Below are positions 47,533 to 61,949 of a stretch of DNA of 64,000 bases, one piece after another. Origin of the DNA: Octopus sinensis (lineage: Eukaryota). Each line of letters opens with the position of its first letter. The stretch's first letter is position 1. The notes beneath the pieces are model-generated. The model did no database searches and was not told the DNA's origin. It saw only the letters and a list, made by a program, of their open reading frames with translations. A program made the position numbers and the translations under genes. Location of the stretch: assembly GCF_006345805.1 (NCBI RefSeq), contig NW_021833230.1, forward strand, positions 1-64,000, given 5' to 3'.

Positions 47533-48166
47533 GTATGTAGGGTCACTAAAATGCTTGCAGTTCGCTGTAGGTCACAATGGTGCCTCTACGATACCATCAA
47601 AGATTTAAGAATCTATAGTAAGTCATGAAATGTATACGTATATTACCGAATGTGCGGTTCTGTTCTTTTAACGATGGTAGGGTGTGATTATAAGAGCAGT
47701 ATATCGCTACTATTTCTAGCAGGTCAAGAAATCACATACAGGTTACCTTGCAGCCATTAAATGCATTCTGTATTTGCGTAATGTTCTTAAGCTTAAAAAT
47801 GGAATTAACAGATTTGACACTGTGTTAATTAAACTGTTTGATTGAAAAAGGTGGCGAGTCACGATATTATTAGAGTTAATTTTTGGAAATGATATTTCGA
47901 CAAAAACTGATGAGGAAATCGGTAATGTTTCAACATAAAACACTAATAATAACAACAACAACAACTAAAAGCTCGAAGCAAGGTAGGGAAAAAAACAACA
48001 AACAAATAAAAACAAGTAAAAGACAGCAAATTATAACACCTAAAGGAATGCTTTCCCTTATAAATCAATTATGAAATTAATCTTTTCCATCCTTCGTACC
48101 CCGCCACCCCTTTGAAGGGATCTCTTCTCTTTCTTCTGTGTTATCCCTTCCTTTAATGGGGTCCGC

Positions 48167-48204
<38 letters not shown>

Positions 48205-48389
48205 GGGAGAAAGAAAGAGAAAAAGAGAAAAAGAGAGAGATAGGGAGAGAGAGAGGTGGAGAAAAAGAGAGTGAAAGAGAGATAGAAAGAGAAAGAGAGA
48301 GGGGAGAGAGTGTGTGTGAGATAGAGTGTGAGAGAGTGAGAGAGGGAGAGTGTGTGTGTGTGAGAGAGAGAGAAAGAGTGTGTGTATGT

Positions 48390-48420
<31 letters not shown>

Positions 48421-48515
48421 AGAGAGAGGCAAGTATGTGCGAAAGAATCATAGGATGCTGTTTGCGTGTTTGTGTTTGTTTGTTTGTGTGTGTGTGTGTT
48501 GTGTGTGTGTTGTGT

Positions 48516-48557
<42 letters not shown>

Positions 48558-50085
48558 TGCTCGCAGTGTCGTGCAGGCAGGTAGACATATTGATACCACG
48601 GCAGCGTACACCAACCAATTTGTCATCGAATCCTCACGATTCTGCAACGATTTGTGCTCCATGTTACCATACGTTGGCACACATCAGCAGTCAAGTAAAT
48701 AAAAAAAATCGCATGTTATTTCATCGAACCTGAAAGAAGGAGAGGCAAAGTCGACCTCGGTGGAATTTGTACTTTGAACTCAGAACATAAAACGCTGAGA
48801 CAAATACTGCAAGACAATCATTTTAAAGACTGTGTCGAGTGTGATTTAAAGAAACTTCCCTTCTTTTACTAGCAGAGATCGAACGACCACGTAGAGGTTT
48901 CCTCATTGACTCCACAGATTATATTAGATCTTAACTGGTAACAAACCGAAAGTAAGCGTTTGCCTGCTATTGCTATCAGGTCAAGCAAACGCATAAGGTG
49001 GCTTTTCAGGTCTTCTTTCAGAAAAAAATTTCATTCGAATGTAACTCAAAGCTATTGTCCGAACTGTACAGAAAGCATGTCTCTACACGATCCCTTCAGG
49101 ATGATCATGAATGAATAGAATTGCTGTTACAGTTCAAAGTCCTTTATCCGAAATTCCCAAACCCGCAAGCCTCTAAAATCCGAAAGTTTTTGAATGTATA
49201 AGTGTAACATATCTAGCGTTATTACTTATGCATTACTTGAAAAATGAAATGCAGTCTGTTATCAGTTTTCATTTTATTCACCTATAATCAGGTCCAATGC
49301 TTTTATACCTTACACCTGACATAATCACTGTACAGCAAAAAATAAAATAAAAATGGCATATGTGTACTGTATGTTATAAAAAGAAACATGACATTGTTGG
49401 TGGAGATTGATAACTGCTCCAGTAATCGAACCCACACCCTTATTATCCTGAGCCCATTACTCTAACCACTAGTTCAAGGGTTCTTATATTTTGATTCTTT
49501 AAGCATAGATGATGTCATCGGGAGTTTTCTTCATTCAATACAGTAATTTTTATACATACTCATAGACATCCTTCTACATCAATGTAGATAACCTCTAGTC
49601 ACTAATATGTAATTATGTAATAGTTACAAAAACTCTATGCTTCATTGAAAAGGTCTCATAAGACGGAAACATATCCAGAGTTGTCGCATGTAGATGCCAA
49701 GATCATATTAATATTAACCATTAAGATAAAGCTTTCGTTGCATAAGCTGTATACATATTTTGCGTGTCCGGTAACTCACTAAATTAGCTGTTATTTTGTG
49801 CATGGATGATGTTCTCGGCTAACTTACCTTTCTCATAACCAGTTTCTCATTTGTTAGGATTTGTTTTATTTTATAGTTTCAAAAATGCAAATAAGATAAA
49901 CTTGACAAAATTGACAGAAGGGTACCCCCCCCCCAAAAAAAAAGTATTACATATATTGCCGTTTTCTTTATACTTCCCATTCACAGACATAACACGCAAA
50001 CATACGTGCACATACAAATAGAAACCTGCATTAGAAAGCCGCACATACACAAACTAACACTCTCTTGCTCTGTTTCTCCACCTGT

Positions 50086-50116
<31 letters not shown>

Positions 50117-50259
50117 GCATTCACAAGCATACTTTTATAAATCGTTCAGTATAAATAGTTATATATTACGCAAAATGTTCATATACATTCATTTTATGAA
50201 AGCGTTGCACATACTACCCACTGATATATATATATATATAATATATATATATATATAAT

Positions 50260-50290
<31 letters not shown>

Positions 50291-50380
50291 GTGTGTGTGT
50301 ATGTATGGGTGTGTGTGTCTGTGTGCTTATGTGTGTGCCTGTCTGTATACATATACATATATAAATGCGTATACACACAC

Positions 50381-50420
<40 letters not shown>

Positions 50421-51300
50421 CTATAGATATGTAATTATATATATATATATGTGTGTGTGTGTGTTGTGTGTATACACGCGCACACATCTGCGTATAAAGA
50501 TATGTGTGTATCACAACAATTTGCAACAAAGAAGAAAAAAAGATACGAACAAAATATTAAAAAAAACAACCCAAAAAACACAGACATGTAGACTCACACA
50601 AAAAATATAAAGCAATAAATAATAATAAATAAAAACAAAAATAACGAATATAACACCCATACACACACAGACATACCCACACGGAAACACACACACACAC
50701 GGGCAGGAATATATTTGTGTATACACACGCATATATTTATATATAAACTTTAAGTGTCGAACACCATTTAAACTAATTGTTATATGGTTGAGCAGTTAGT
50801 GAGAGTGATAGGCTACAAGCATCAGCGGGCTTCAAAATGAAATTTATAGATTGTCTCTGTAGATAAAGTTAGTAACGTTTGAAAGTTAAATGTTAAATGT
50901 TTAAAAGTAAAATAGAGTGGAAAATAAAAATTAATAACAGAACTAAAGTAAACAAATACGAAAGAATGTAGTTCTGCCCTTGTTGTTGTTGTTGTTTTTG
51001 TTGTTGTTGTTGTAGCTGTGGTGGTGGTTGCTGTTGTTGTTGATCTTGCTCTCTCTCAAATTTCCACTCCTGCTTTTATAACACGCACACATGCACACAC
51101 ACTCACATACATACATACATACATACATACATACATACATACATACATACATACATACATACATACATACATAGAAGCATACATACGTGAATATATATAT
51201 ATATTATATATATATATATATATATGCATTAAATATGTATATATATATATATAATACACACACACATATATATACAGATATATATATATATATGTATATA

Positions 51301-51352
<52 letters not shown>

Positions 51353-51485
51353 ATATATATATATATACATACATACATACATACAAACATAGATGCATAC
51401 ATACGTGAATACATGTATATATATATATATATATATATGCATAACATATATATACATATATATAATACACACACACCACAAGCAC

Positions 51486-51530
<45 letters not shown>

Positions 51531-51540
51531 TCTATACATA

Positions 51541-51584
<44 letters not shown>

Positions 51585-51785
51585 AGGCACACACGCATAA
51601 ACATACATGTATACATAGGTGCATATACACACACATATATATATATACATATATATATATACCCACATATATAAAACAAGAATGTAAATTTGTGTATATC
51701 TACATCTATAGATACATGGATACATATGTTTTGTATGTATGCATCTCTCTCTCACTGTATGTTTCTGTGTTTGTGTGTATGAGTG

Positions 51786-51841
<56 letters not shown>

Positions 51842-52111
51842 GTGTGTGTGTATGCGTATGTATGTATACAAGCATATAAGTATGTATGTATGTTATGTAT
51901 GTATGCATGTATGTATGTGTATATATATATATACCCTAACACACAAACACACACACTCATATGCGTATATATGCATATACATATACATACATATCTTTAT
52001 GCATACATACATATATACATACATTTTTAGGTATGTACAAATATATATATGTATATGCATATATCTATATATCTATATATATGTATACACACAAATATAT
52101 ATACATTATAT

Positions 52112-52152
<41 letters not shown>

Positions 52153-52532
52153 CCAGTGTATATTGATATCCATATTCCTCAATGTGTAGGCTTAGTCTTT
52201 GATGTTGTTGTCTCCTTTATGGGTCTGTTAGTGTTGTTATATTGTTATTTATTATTTTTCAATTCAGCTTTCTTACCCAGACATCCTTTGTTGCTACTGT
52301 TATAGGGTTACACACACATACACACACACACACACACATACACACACTGACTTACACGTATATACATATATGTATTCATCCATACACATATACCTATACA
52401 CATACATGCATATATATATATGTTTATATATATATATGTACACACATATATATACATATATATATGTATAGGTGTGTGTGCATATATCTGTAGTAGAAGG
52501 TTATACATACATACATACATACATACATACGT

Positions 52533-52571
<39 letters not shown>

Positions 52572-53215
52572 CACACACACACATATATATATAAGTGTAT
52601 ACACACACGCATATATATGCATATGTGTATACAAATATTAATTACGTAAAGCAGTGTGTTGCACCTGGTTTCTTTGAATTAAAATTGTTCACTCGGAAAT
52701 TTCTCGAAAGCTTATTTTTATTGATTTTTTTTTTACGTATCCATTTTATTATTCAGTATGTTTACTGTTGTTGTTGTTGTTGTTGTTGTTGTTGCTGCTG
52801 TATTTATTCTTGCTGTCTGTGTTGAGCCACTCTGCGCTTTACTTTTTTTTGTGTGTGTCAGATACATCTAGGATTACATTTCTTTGTGTGCCATGCCCTT
52901 ACTTTTTTTTCTTTTTTTTATAAAAGACCTCTTGGTAGGATATGATGGTGACTTGGGTTGCCATTTTTTCGTTTTGTTGTTTGTGTGACCTTCTAGAAGA
53001 TTCTTCATTGAATATAATCTCAACATATCTTTGTTGGCTTTTGTTGCTTAATTCCTTTCGAACGATGATCGAGCAACGACTCATCTTGAAATACGTTCCA
53101 ACGTACACATCCTGAAAGTCTTAGATCAGTTGTTCTCAACTAGGGTTCACATGACCTTTGGGGGTCCATATAAGATTTTGTTGTTAAAAAGTGTTTACAT
53201 CTGTTATACATCTAC

Positions 53216-53650
53216 AATTCTTTTAGTCTATCATTTGTGTCAGTTCTTTGACCGTGCCCATGCCGGAGCACTGCCTTTAGTCGAGCAAATCGACTGCAGG
53301 ACATATTCTTTGTAAGCCTAGTACTTATTCTATCGGTCTCTCTTGCCGAACCGCTAAGTGATGGGGACGTAAACACACCAGCATCGATTGTCAAATGAAG
53401 TTTTTTTGGGGGTGGGGGGACAAACACAGACACACAAACATATACATACACACACACGAACGCACACACTCATATATATATATATACGACGGGCTTCTTT
53501 CAGTTTCCGTCTACCAAATCCACTCACAAGGCTTTGGTCGGTCCGAGGCTATAGTAGATGACACTTGCCCAAGGTGCCATGCAGTGGGACTGAACCCGGA
53601 ACCATGTGGTTGGTAAGCAAGCTACTTACCACACAGCCACTACTGCACCT
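53216..53650 (-). mobile_element. SINE family 2
   Basis: Reverse complement of 61155-61596 with scattered changes. Confidence 0.88.
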
Positions 53651-53665
53651 ATAAAAGTGTGAGAC

Positions 53666-53783
53666 GCTTACAGCCCCTAGGTTTCCCTAGTGGTCACCCA
53701 TCTAAGTTCTCACTAGGCTCGACGTTGCTTAACTTCGGTGATCGGACGAGAACCGGTGCTTTCAACGTGATATAGCCGTAACA
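53666..53783 (-). rRNA. Solitary 5S rRNA gene copy, probably a pseudogene
   Basis: The minus strand reads TGTTACGGCTATATCACGTTGAAAGCACCGGTTCTCGTCCGATCACCGAAGTTAAGCAACGTCGAGCCTAGTGAGAACTTAGATGGGTGACCACTAGGGAAACCTAGGGGCTGTAAGC (118 nt), colinear with invertebrate 5S. TTTT lies 9 nt downstream. Confidence 0.92.
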
Positions 53784-54357
53784 ATTTTTTTATGCAATTC
53801 CTAATAATATTTAGTTATAAAAATACAATGGAATTTAAAAATGTCGAATAGGTAGGGGTTGTCCTGTAGAATGAAATAGGAATGAAAGGGCTTCACAGGC
53901 CAAAAATGGTTGAGAGGAATCTAAGAACACATTATCCAGTGTCCTTTTTGTGCAAGACGGTGGTATATGATGCGAGTGAGATTTCGTTGCTATTAATAGC
54001 AAAAGAACAAGATAGATGCTCTTTCGTTGTTCAGTATTTCTGCAGGTTTACAAGGCCTCTGTAACAGAGAAGAATGTTATACTTCGCTTGGAGCAGTGTG
54101 AAACGGACAGAAAGGAGGAGAGCTTTTAACAAAACAAAACGCAAGGTTGAAAAACATTTATATATTTCAGGCACAAAGACTTTGAAATATATGAAATTTA
54201 TGTAGATCCTGCCATTTGGATTGTCGAACGAGCAATGACCTCTGTTTTTCCAATGTGTGATAGCGGGAGCAGTTACTCCAAAATGGTGATGTTGGTGGCC
54301 GTAGAGGTCATAGTAAGGGCAGTGGTAGATGGTTAACTGTATGCTGGAAGCAGCGGA

Positions 54358-54594
54358 GGTGGTGAGCTGGCAGAAACGTTAGCACGCCGGGCGAAATGCT
54401 CAGCAGTATTTCGTCTGCCGCTACGTTCTGAGTTCAAATTCCGCCCAGGTCGACTTTGCCTTTCATCCTTTCGGGGTCGATTAAATAAGTACCAGTTACG
54501 CACTGGGGTCGATATAATCGACTAAATCCGTTTGTCTGTCCTTATTTGTCCCTTCTGTGTTTAGCCCCTTGAGGGTAGTAAAGAAATAGGTATA
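54358..54594 (+). mobile_element. SINE family 1, tail type A
   Basis: Full length; ends AAGAAATAGGTAT. Confidence 0.9.
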
Positions 54595-54699
54595 TGCCAT
54601 GGTAGTAGTCGGTGATGGCATCAGTAGTACATATTCTGGTAGCAGTCAGTTATAAGGTGTTGGTAGGCGACAGCAACAATCATTGTTGTAGCTGGCAAC

Positions 54700-55620
54700 G
54701 GCAGCAATCAACGCTGTTGAACTGGCAGCATGCAACGATTATTTTACAAAATCTCGTGGCTTCTCTCCAGAATACTGAGACTCTTATGTTTTTCCCGGGA
54801 TATGTCAGCAGACCGGACGAGCTCATCAAGCAACTACGCCGACTCAGACCCAGCAGGTACATTTTAAGCTTAGAAACAGTCTAACTATTCTCCCCGCTGC
54901 ACGTTCTTCTCGCTGTCGACCTAATGGTGAAACGCACCCTTTCATCAGACTTACACTGTTTTGGACTCACCCTCTTCGATACCTATTTCTTTATTATCTA
55001 CAAGGGGCTAAACACAGAGGGGACAAACAAGGACAGACATAGGTATTAAGTCGATTACATCGACCCCAGTGCGTAACTGGTACTTAATTTATCGACCCCG
55101 AAAGGATGAAAGGCAAAGTCGACCTCGGCGGAATTTGAACTCACAACGTAACGGCAGCCGAAATACCGCTAAGCATTTCGCCCGACGTGCTAACGATTCT
55201 GCCAGCTCGACGCGACTAATGTCAAGTATAGTCGCCAACATGCATTTTGATTTCTTCGGCTATACGTGAAAAGTGTTCCGGCGTGTCTACTGGCTATTAC
55301 TTACATAGACTAGTTAGAGCATAGAGCGCTCTGCGCCTGCTGCTCATGCGTCTTCTTCACCAGGCGAGGATGACATTCTCACGCTAACTCATGAGGATGC
55401 CACAGCCACACTGGAGACTTTTAATAACCTGGACCAGCGCATTGAGTACATTATTGAAGGTTCTGATGATAGATTCCTGTCTCTACTCGAATTTTGATTA
55501 AGTATTACGGAAGCAGGGGTGGAAATCGACACGGTGTTCTACCGAAAAGCAGTCCAGCGTAGTCTCTTCGTTCACTACAAATCGACCCTCTCAATGAATG
55601 TTAAGACCGGCTGCATATGA
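54700..55620 (+). mobile_element. Penelope-like element RT relic, interrupted by a SINE
   Basis: ILSLETV*LFSPLHV..AVDL (LDV.SLF motif), LLAITYID*LEHRAL, DDILTL..FNNLDQRI..E..FLSLLEF...FYRK...LFVHYKS. A SINE is inserted at 54978-55209. Confidence 0.7.
54978..55209 (-). mobile_element. SINE family 1, tail type A, inserted in the Penelope-like relic
   Basis: Full length; ends AAGAAATAGGTAT on the minus strand. Confidence 0.9.
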
Positions 55621-55922
55621 TTTTAATATGTTAGGTTGTTGATTGGTGTGTGTATGCATATACGTTTATGTGTTTGTTGAAGTGTTCATGTTTATATGTA
55701 TGTAGTTATTTAGTTTTATTTCAAGATTTCAATTAAATAGAGAAAGAGCCGATTTCTAACCTAGATCCAAGGCTCCTTCATTGGAATTTCAACAACACCA
55801 ACACGGTATGTTTGTATGTATGTATATATGAAGGTAGGTGTGTTTGTATGTATGCATGCATATAGTATGTACGTATGTACGTGTGTATGTACGTTCGTAC
55901 GTATGTACGTATGTATGTATAT

Positions 55923-56153
55923 AGGCGGCGAGCTGGCAGAAACGTTAGCACGCCGGGCGAAATGCGTTGCCGTATTTCGTTTGCCGTTACGTTCCGAGTT
56001 CAAATTCCGCCGAGGTCGACTTTGCTTTTCATCCTTCCGGGGTCGATAAATTAAGTACCAGTTACGTACTGGGGTCGATGTAATCGACTTAATCCGTTTG
56101 TCTGTCCTTGTTTGTCTCCTCTGTGTTTAGCCCCTTGTGGGTAGTAAAGAAAT
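55923..56153 (+). mobile_element. SINE family 1, tail type A
   Basis: Full-length head, core and tail. Confidence 0.9.
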
Positions 56154-57057
56154 ATATATGTACATACATATATATAGATGAGTATGTATCTATATATGTA
56201 TGTTTGTATGTATGATTATTTAAATATGTATGTATATACTCTTTTAATTGTTTATATTATAGTTATACTATTTAGCTCTCTTTAGTTTTGAGCTGCAGGC
56301 CCAATTAGCCCTCCACGGAGTGGGACTTTTAAGCTGCTCATTATTATATACATATTAGTACTCACAGCTTTTGTAAGTTTGACATTATAAGCTCATTTAT
56401 CTTAATGGTCAAGCTTAATTGCGGATTCCTTGTTTTATTCTTTATCTATACTCTTGCCGCCACGTCGTCAGAATCCCAACTCTATTGCTTTGTATTGATG
56501 GCTTTCACTTCCTTGTTCTCCCCGTTTCCCTCCTCCGATGCCTATATTGTTTCTTTAAAACAACTGATATCCTTTTCTTCTCTAAGTAGTTTGCTGATAA
56601 TTTATTCTATTGGTCACTTTACAAAACTTCGTTTCCACAGACAATTCTACTGTGGTCGAAGGCAGAAACTTCTTCACTTTTCTCCTTGCGACAACTTGTA
56701 AACCACTCGAGGAAAAGTCATGATGATTATATATGTTAGACTTTTAAGTTACGTAACACATGTTTAGGGTTGCTTGGAAACATATGTAGTAAGGAGTTAT
56801 CTATTTCATCCCCCCCACACACATACACATATACGCACAGTGAGGTACGTTAACAAACCAAAAAAAGTTGCACTTAATCATGATGAAGAGTTATAAATAT
56901 CTATTAACAATTGGACAGAAGCACCTCATAGGTGCCGGTATACATCTACATTTTAAATGGTTCGGATTCTGACAATGCATACCTGAAAATTTAGACATAT
57001 ATTTGCACCTACAAATCTTTAAAACTGTGAGTAATGTGCTAGATATGAGTCAACATG

Positions 57058-57103
<46 letters not shown>

Positions 57104-57990
57104 ATATATGTTTATGTATGTATAAAAATTGACAACCTTTGCCGGCATACTCTATTGGTTGCATTCTTATATATATTTCGGTATCACTTATATCTATTGC
57201 CTCACATCTTTTTTTTTTCAAATATTTAAAGTCTACTACATTCCATCCTGTATTTAAACCCTTTAAACGTTGGAATTCCCTACTTAGATAAATTAATCCT
57301 GACATCCTCTTTATTGCTCCCGCCAATATATACCTGCCATGTATTAAATTGTGATTCCTCTCATACCTGTATTTATTAAGATATAATCCTCCTGCTTATA
57401 TATTTACGTATACATTTACCAGCACATATATTTATGTATTTATGGATTTTAGCATTCCTATAAATTGTATACATATATGTATGAACGTATGTGCATTTGC
57501 ATATATACATATATAAATATACATACGTACATACATATATGTATATGTATATGGTATTATTTATATTTTTGACAATATTTAATATTTTTATTTAAGTGCC
57601 TACATCTATTCTGTATTTAAACTTTATTCATCATATGTTTTACACATCTTCAAATATTCACACATAGATGTAGTGGGTTTCTCAAAATCTACACAGCAAT
57701 ATGATTTTTACACACACACACACATATATATATATACGCACAATTTTTCCTACTTGTCACCCAAACAATTATGATTATCATCTAAACAATTAACTTACCT
57801 TAGTTATATCCCATCTCGTAACTGCTCTCCGGAAGTTCATATATACTTTAATTCTGCCATTACTTTATAATCTTGAATGCATATATATCCATATGTGGGT
57901 GTGTGTATATGCGCGTGTATGTGTGTATATATACACATACGTACATGTACATATATATATATGATGTATATTTATATACATGTATGTATG

Positions 57991-58090
<100 letters not shown>

Positions 58091-59489
58091 CATACATACA
58101 TATATATCGCAATATTCCTTTATTTTAATTTTTAATATCATTAAGTTTAATGATTCCTTTTACATGGCCATTTACCTTAATTTTTTTATTCCAACAAAAG
58201 CAAATATAAAATAAAATGAAAAGAAAATGGTAAGCTACACTAATTTATTTTAATAATATTCTTTTAACATTTAATGATTTCTCTCTCTCTCTCTCTCTCT
58301 CTCACCCTCTCCCTCTCCCATTTTAACTTGACGAATATCATTATTTGTTCGTGTATATTAAGTCGTTAATTTTGTTCCCTAACAAGCGTAAATTAAAAAA
58401 GGAAAAAAATAATAAGACAGAAAATTAAAATACTTAATATTCTTTTGGCTTTTAAAGTTTTCCACCCCATTTCGTATAATTTAATATTATTATATTAATA
58501 ATATTATTCTGATCTATAGATTTTTCTCTCCATCGCCTATAATTTTCATTACTTCGCGTAAATTTTAATATCTCCTAGCTTAACGAATGCATTTATGGCT
58601 CTGCACCCTAATTTGGCCGTTTCTCAAACCATACCAAAGTACATTAATTTAATGATATTCTTCCGACGCCTTAGTTTTTCTTGTTCCTTTTTTTCCCCCC
58701 TTTTTACTTTTAGATCAATTTATCTTTATTCTAATTTGTTTTCTTTTCACCTCAGCTACGGTAGGCTAAACAAATATAGTAATATTCTTACGACACCTAA
58801 ATACAGTCCCTTTCCCATTTCGAGTAATTAACAAGTTTTCATTACTTGATCAAAATTTTATAATCTATTAACTTTACTTAAGCCATTTACTCTCACGCAC
58901 ATTAAAACTTATCTTTAGTTTCATCAGAACACAAAGATCTCGAAACTTACTCTCACGCTTGTAATCTTATCGATATAAACGGTTGAAACATTAATATAGG
59001 TAACTGCGCTCACATATAAACCAATACTATTCATGTTTTTTTATTTATTTATTTAATCAAATCCGCAATCAATCGATTTGACTTTGGTCATTATCTTTAA
59101 AGTAAGTTTCAGAGTCTATGTTCGAATATGAGAATGGGACGACCGGGCTCAAGCGTTTGGACGCCTGATGGTTTCGTACGGTTGATTGGACATTGAACTT
59201 GATTTGTCGACAGTACGTTTTGATAAAGGAGGCAAACGTGTACATACATATTCGCATGCACACACGTATACGCAAGTGCACACATACACATACACACACA
59301 CACATAACACACACACACACACACATACGTGCACACGCCTGCACGTACACACTTATGAACGCGTACGTAGAAGAAATATACTCGTACACGAATGTGTGAA
59401 CGAGAGACTGAAAGAGAGAGGGAGAGAGGGGGGAAAAGAGGGATGGGAGAGGGGAGAGGGAGAAAGGGAGAAGGTCAGATGAGGAGAGA

Positions 59490-59700
59490 GATAGAGAGAG
59501 GGGGAGGAAGAGAGATATTACACATGCATACAAGCACAACGAGATGCTTATAAACATAAACAAAAAGAAAGAACTAGAGAGAGAAAGAGAGAGAGAGAGA
59601 GTGTGTGGGGGAGAGAAAGAAAGAGAGAACAAGAGGAACATTAAGATGTCTGATGTCAAATAAGTCAACGTCGAATCAGCAGCACCGAATGGGCATACCA
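59490..59700 (+). repeat. Diverged local duplication, copy 1 (copy 2 at ~61815-62075)
   Basis: Shared GAGATATTACAC.TGCATACAAGCACAACG...TTAAGA.GTCTGATGTCAAATAAGTCAACGTCGAA.CAGCAGC. Confidence 0.8.
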
Positions 59701-60698
59701 AAAATGCTATACCAAAATGTCCCATACACTCTGAATATATATAAAGCAATCTTGAAATATCTAGAGTCAATCTCCTGAAGGATCAGAGTATTGCTGAAAT
59801 CAAGTTGCTTGAAAAAGAATTCTGAATGAAAAAAAGAATGCGACTCTACAATATGTATTGAGTACTCTTTTCTTATTTCGTTTGCAAAGTATCACGTTTG
59901 AATGTCAGATTTAACCTTGATTCTGCATGTATGCACAGGTTTGGGCAATTCAGTTTTGAAGAGTACAGACTAGTGCCTATGCATGTAAGACTAATTTCTG
60001 CACGTCACTTACGTTTATCGAAGCGAACCGGTTTCAATTTGAACCGATAGAGCTTCATGCTTGATAGAATACTTTATATGTACCGGCTCTCTGCACTCTG
60101 AGTTCAAATTCAGCCTAAATTGATTCGGTTTGAGGATTATGTTAAATATGCATATATCTCTAGAATATTCAGTCATTTAGATGCTGAGTTAAATAACTGA
60201 ATCTTCAATGTCGAAACCAGGAGAGAATTCGCCATACTTGGTTTCTCTGCTGCTTTTCTGTGCGACTTTGTCTGTGGAATATCCAGCCATTTAGGTGCTG
60301 TGTTCAGAATGTTCCATGTCGATACTGAAAGAGAATCAGCCATACTTGATGGTATCTCAACTGTTCTTCAGTGAGACTATCGTCAAAATACCTACTATGA
60401 AATTGAACATCGCTATCGAGCAGCCCTATCTAAATTGACAGCGCCATTTTGGAGTCATTTCTAGCTTATGTATTCAAACACTCTAATTTTTAAATTTTCA
60501 TGTATAAAGAGAGTCAGCTGTCACCGGCGACAAAGTAAGACTTGGTGAAATGTAGCAAGCATTTTGATCATTGTTTTAGTTGCCTATATAGTCACGAATA
60601 GACGTAGTGACGCTCTAACTCAGAAACACATCTAGAACGCAAAAACTAGAGAGTGAAGGCTGCATCAGACGAGTGCTGGCACACATTTGCAGGGTAGT

Positions 60699-61015
60699 AG
60701 AACTAAATTTAAAAGTTTGCATAAAAGGAAAGACAAACACAATATCTCATCTAAAAATGAAATTATTTAGAAGAATTTCAAAACATCAATTCGATTATGG
60801 CTGGGAAGTAACAGTTCACTCAAAGTAACCATCTTCGGTTTCCACCACGGCATGAAAACAGCTCCGGAACTTGGCGCATGTATTCTTCGAATACCTCTTT
60901 GATCTTGGCCACTAGCTCGGTTTTGGTGCTACAAACAGAGCGGTTGGTGTCTTTCTCGTCCGTGCCTCACACATTGTAATCCACGCGCGGGAATTAGGAG
61001 GTCAGAAATTGAAGC
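60699..61015 (-). mobile_element. 3' fragment of a maT-like transposon
   Basis: The minus strand gives frameshifted PPNS.., KDTNRSVCSTKTELVAKIKEVFEE, VVETEDGYFE*, paralleling the C-terminus of the 37689-38772 element. Confidence 0.65.
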
Positions 61016-61154
61016 TGGTAAAAAGGCATAACTTTATGTTATCGCGAACCGAACACGCTAAACATAAGGCGCTGCGACTTTCACAACTATCGTCTACTAA
61101 TATTATGAATGCTCTATATTAATGCAAACTGCTGCAAAATTCTGAATTTATATA

Positions 61155-61320
61155 GGCGTAGGAGTGGCTGTGTGGTAAGTAGCTTGCTTACGAACTACAT
61201 GGTTCCGGGTTCAGTCCCACAGCGTGGCACCTTGGGCAAGTGTCTTCTACAATAGCCTCAGGCCGACTAAATCCTTGTGAGTGGATTGGTAGACGAAAAC
61301 TGAAAGAAGCACGTCGTATG

Positions 61321-61370
<50 letters not shown>

Positions 61371-61596
61371 TGTGTCTGTGTTTGCCCCCCCCCCCAACAT
61401 CGCTTGACAACCGATGCTGGTGTGTTTACGTCTCCGTAACTTAGCGGTTCGGCAAAATAAACCGATAGAATAAGTACCGGCTTACAAAGAATAAGCCCTG
61501 GGGTCGATGTGCTGGACTAAAGGCGGTGCTCCAGCATGGCCACAGTCAAATGACTGAAACAAGTAAAAGAGTAAAAGAGAGTAAAAAGAGAGAGTA
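61155..61596 (+). mobile_element. tRNA-derived SINE family 2 with internal (TA)n/(TG)n
   Basis: Head GGCGTAGGAGTGGCTGTGTGGTAAG..GGTTCAGTCCCAC, body GGCACCTTGGGCAAGTGTCTTCTAC, 3' ACTGAAACAAGTAAAAGAGTAAAAGAG. A second copy lies at 53216-53650. Confidence 0.88.
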
Positions 61597-61918
61597 CATA
61601 TACTTTGAGAACCTTTGAAATCTTCTAACAGTTTCAAAGTGTTTTAGTATATTTTAAAATGTATTTTACAATAATCTACCTCAACAGCTACTTCTACATT
61701 AATCACAACATACGTCTTCTCAGTCCAAGCGAACTTAGATGTTCGGCTCTCGTTGAATCCTAAACCGCCATTAGCACTAGGGCACCATATGAGAGAGAGA
61801 GAGACAGAGGGCTGTGTGCAGGAGAAAGAGGGAAGAGATATTACACGTGCATACAAGCACAACGTAATGCTTGTAAACATAAACAGAGAGAAAGAACGAG
61901 AGAGAGAGAGAGAGAGAG

Positions 61919-61949
<31 letters not shown>

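Noticed and set aside
47749-47835. Minus-strand 87-nt exon candidate SLINTVSNLLIPFLSLRTLRKYRMHLMAAR, and others at ~15850, 27073, 30343, 46498
   Set aside because: Isolated splice-like signals are common in this AT-rich DNA, and no coherent gene model emerges.
49405-49470. tRNA gene on the minus strand
   Set aside because: It has A/B-box-like motifs only and no cloverleaf; a decayed SINE head.
49128-49751. Tigger/pogo-like MITE (TACAG...CTGTA)
   Set aside because: Terminal similarity is too weak to pair the ends.
53127-53200. hAT/Charlie-like terminus CAGTTGTTCTCAAC
   Set aside because: No partner TIR or 8-bp TSD was found.
57270-57326. AGAIKRMSGLIY resembling histone H4 GGVKRISGLIY
   Set aside because: Similarity is limited to ~11 residues, with no H4 match on either side.
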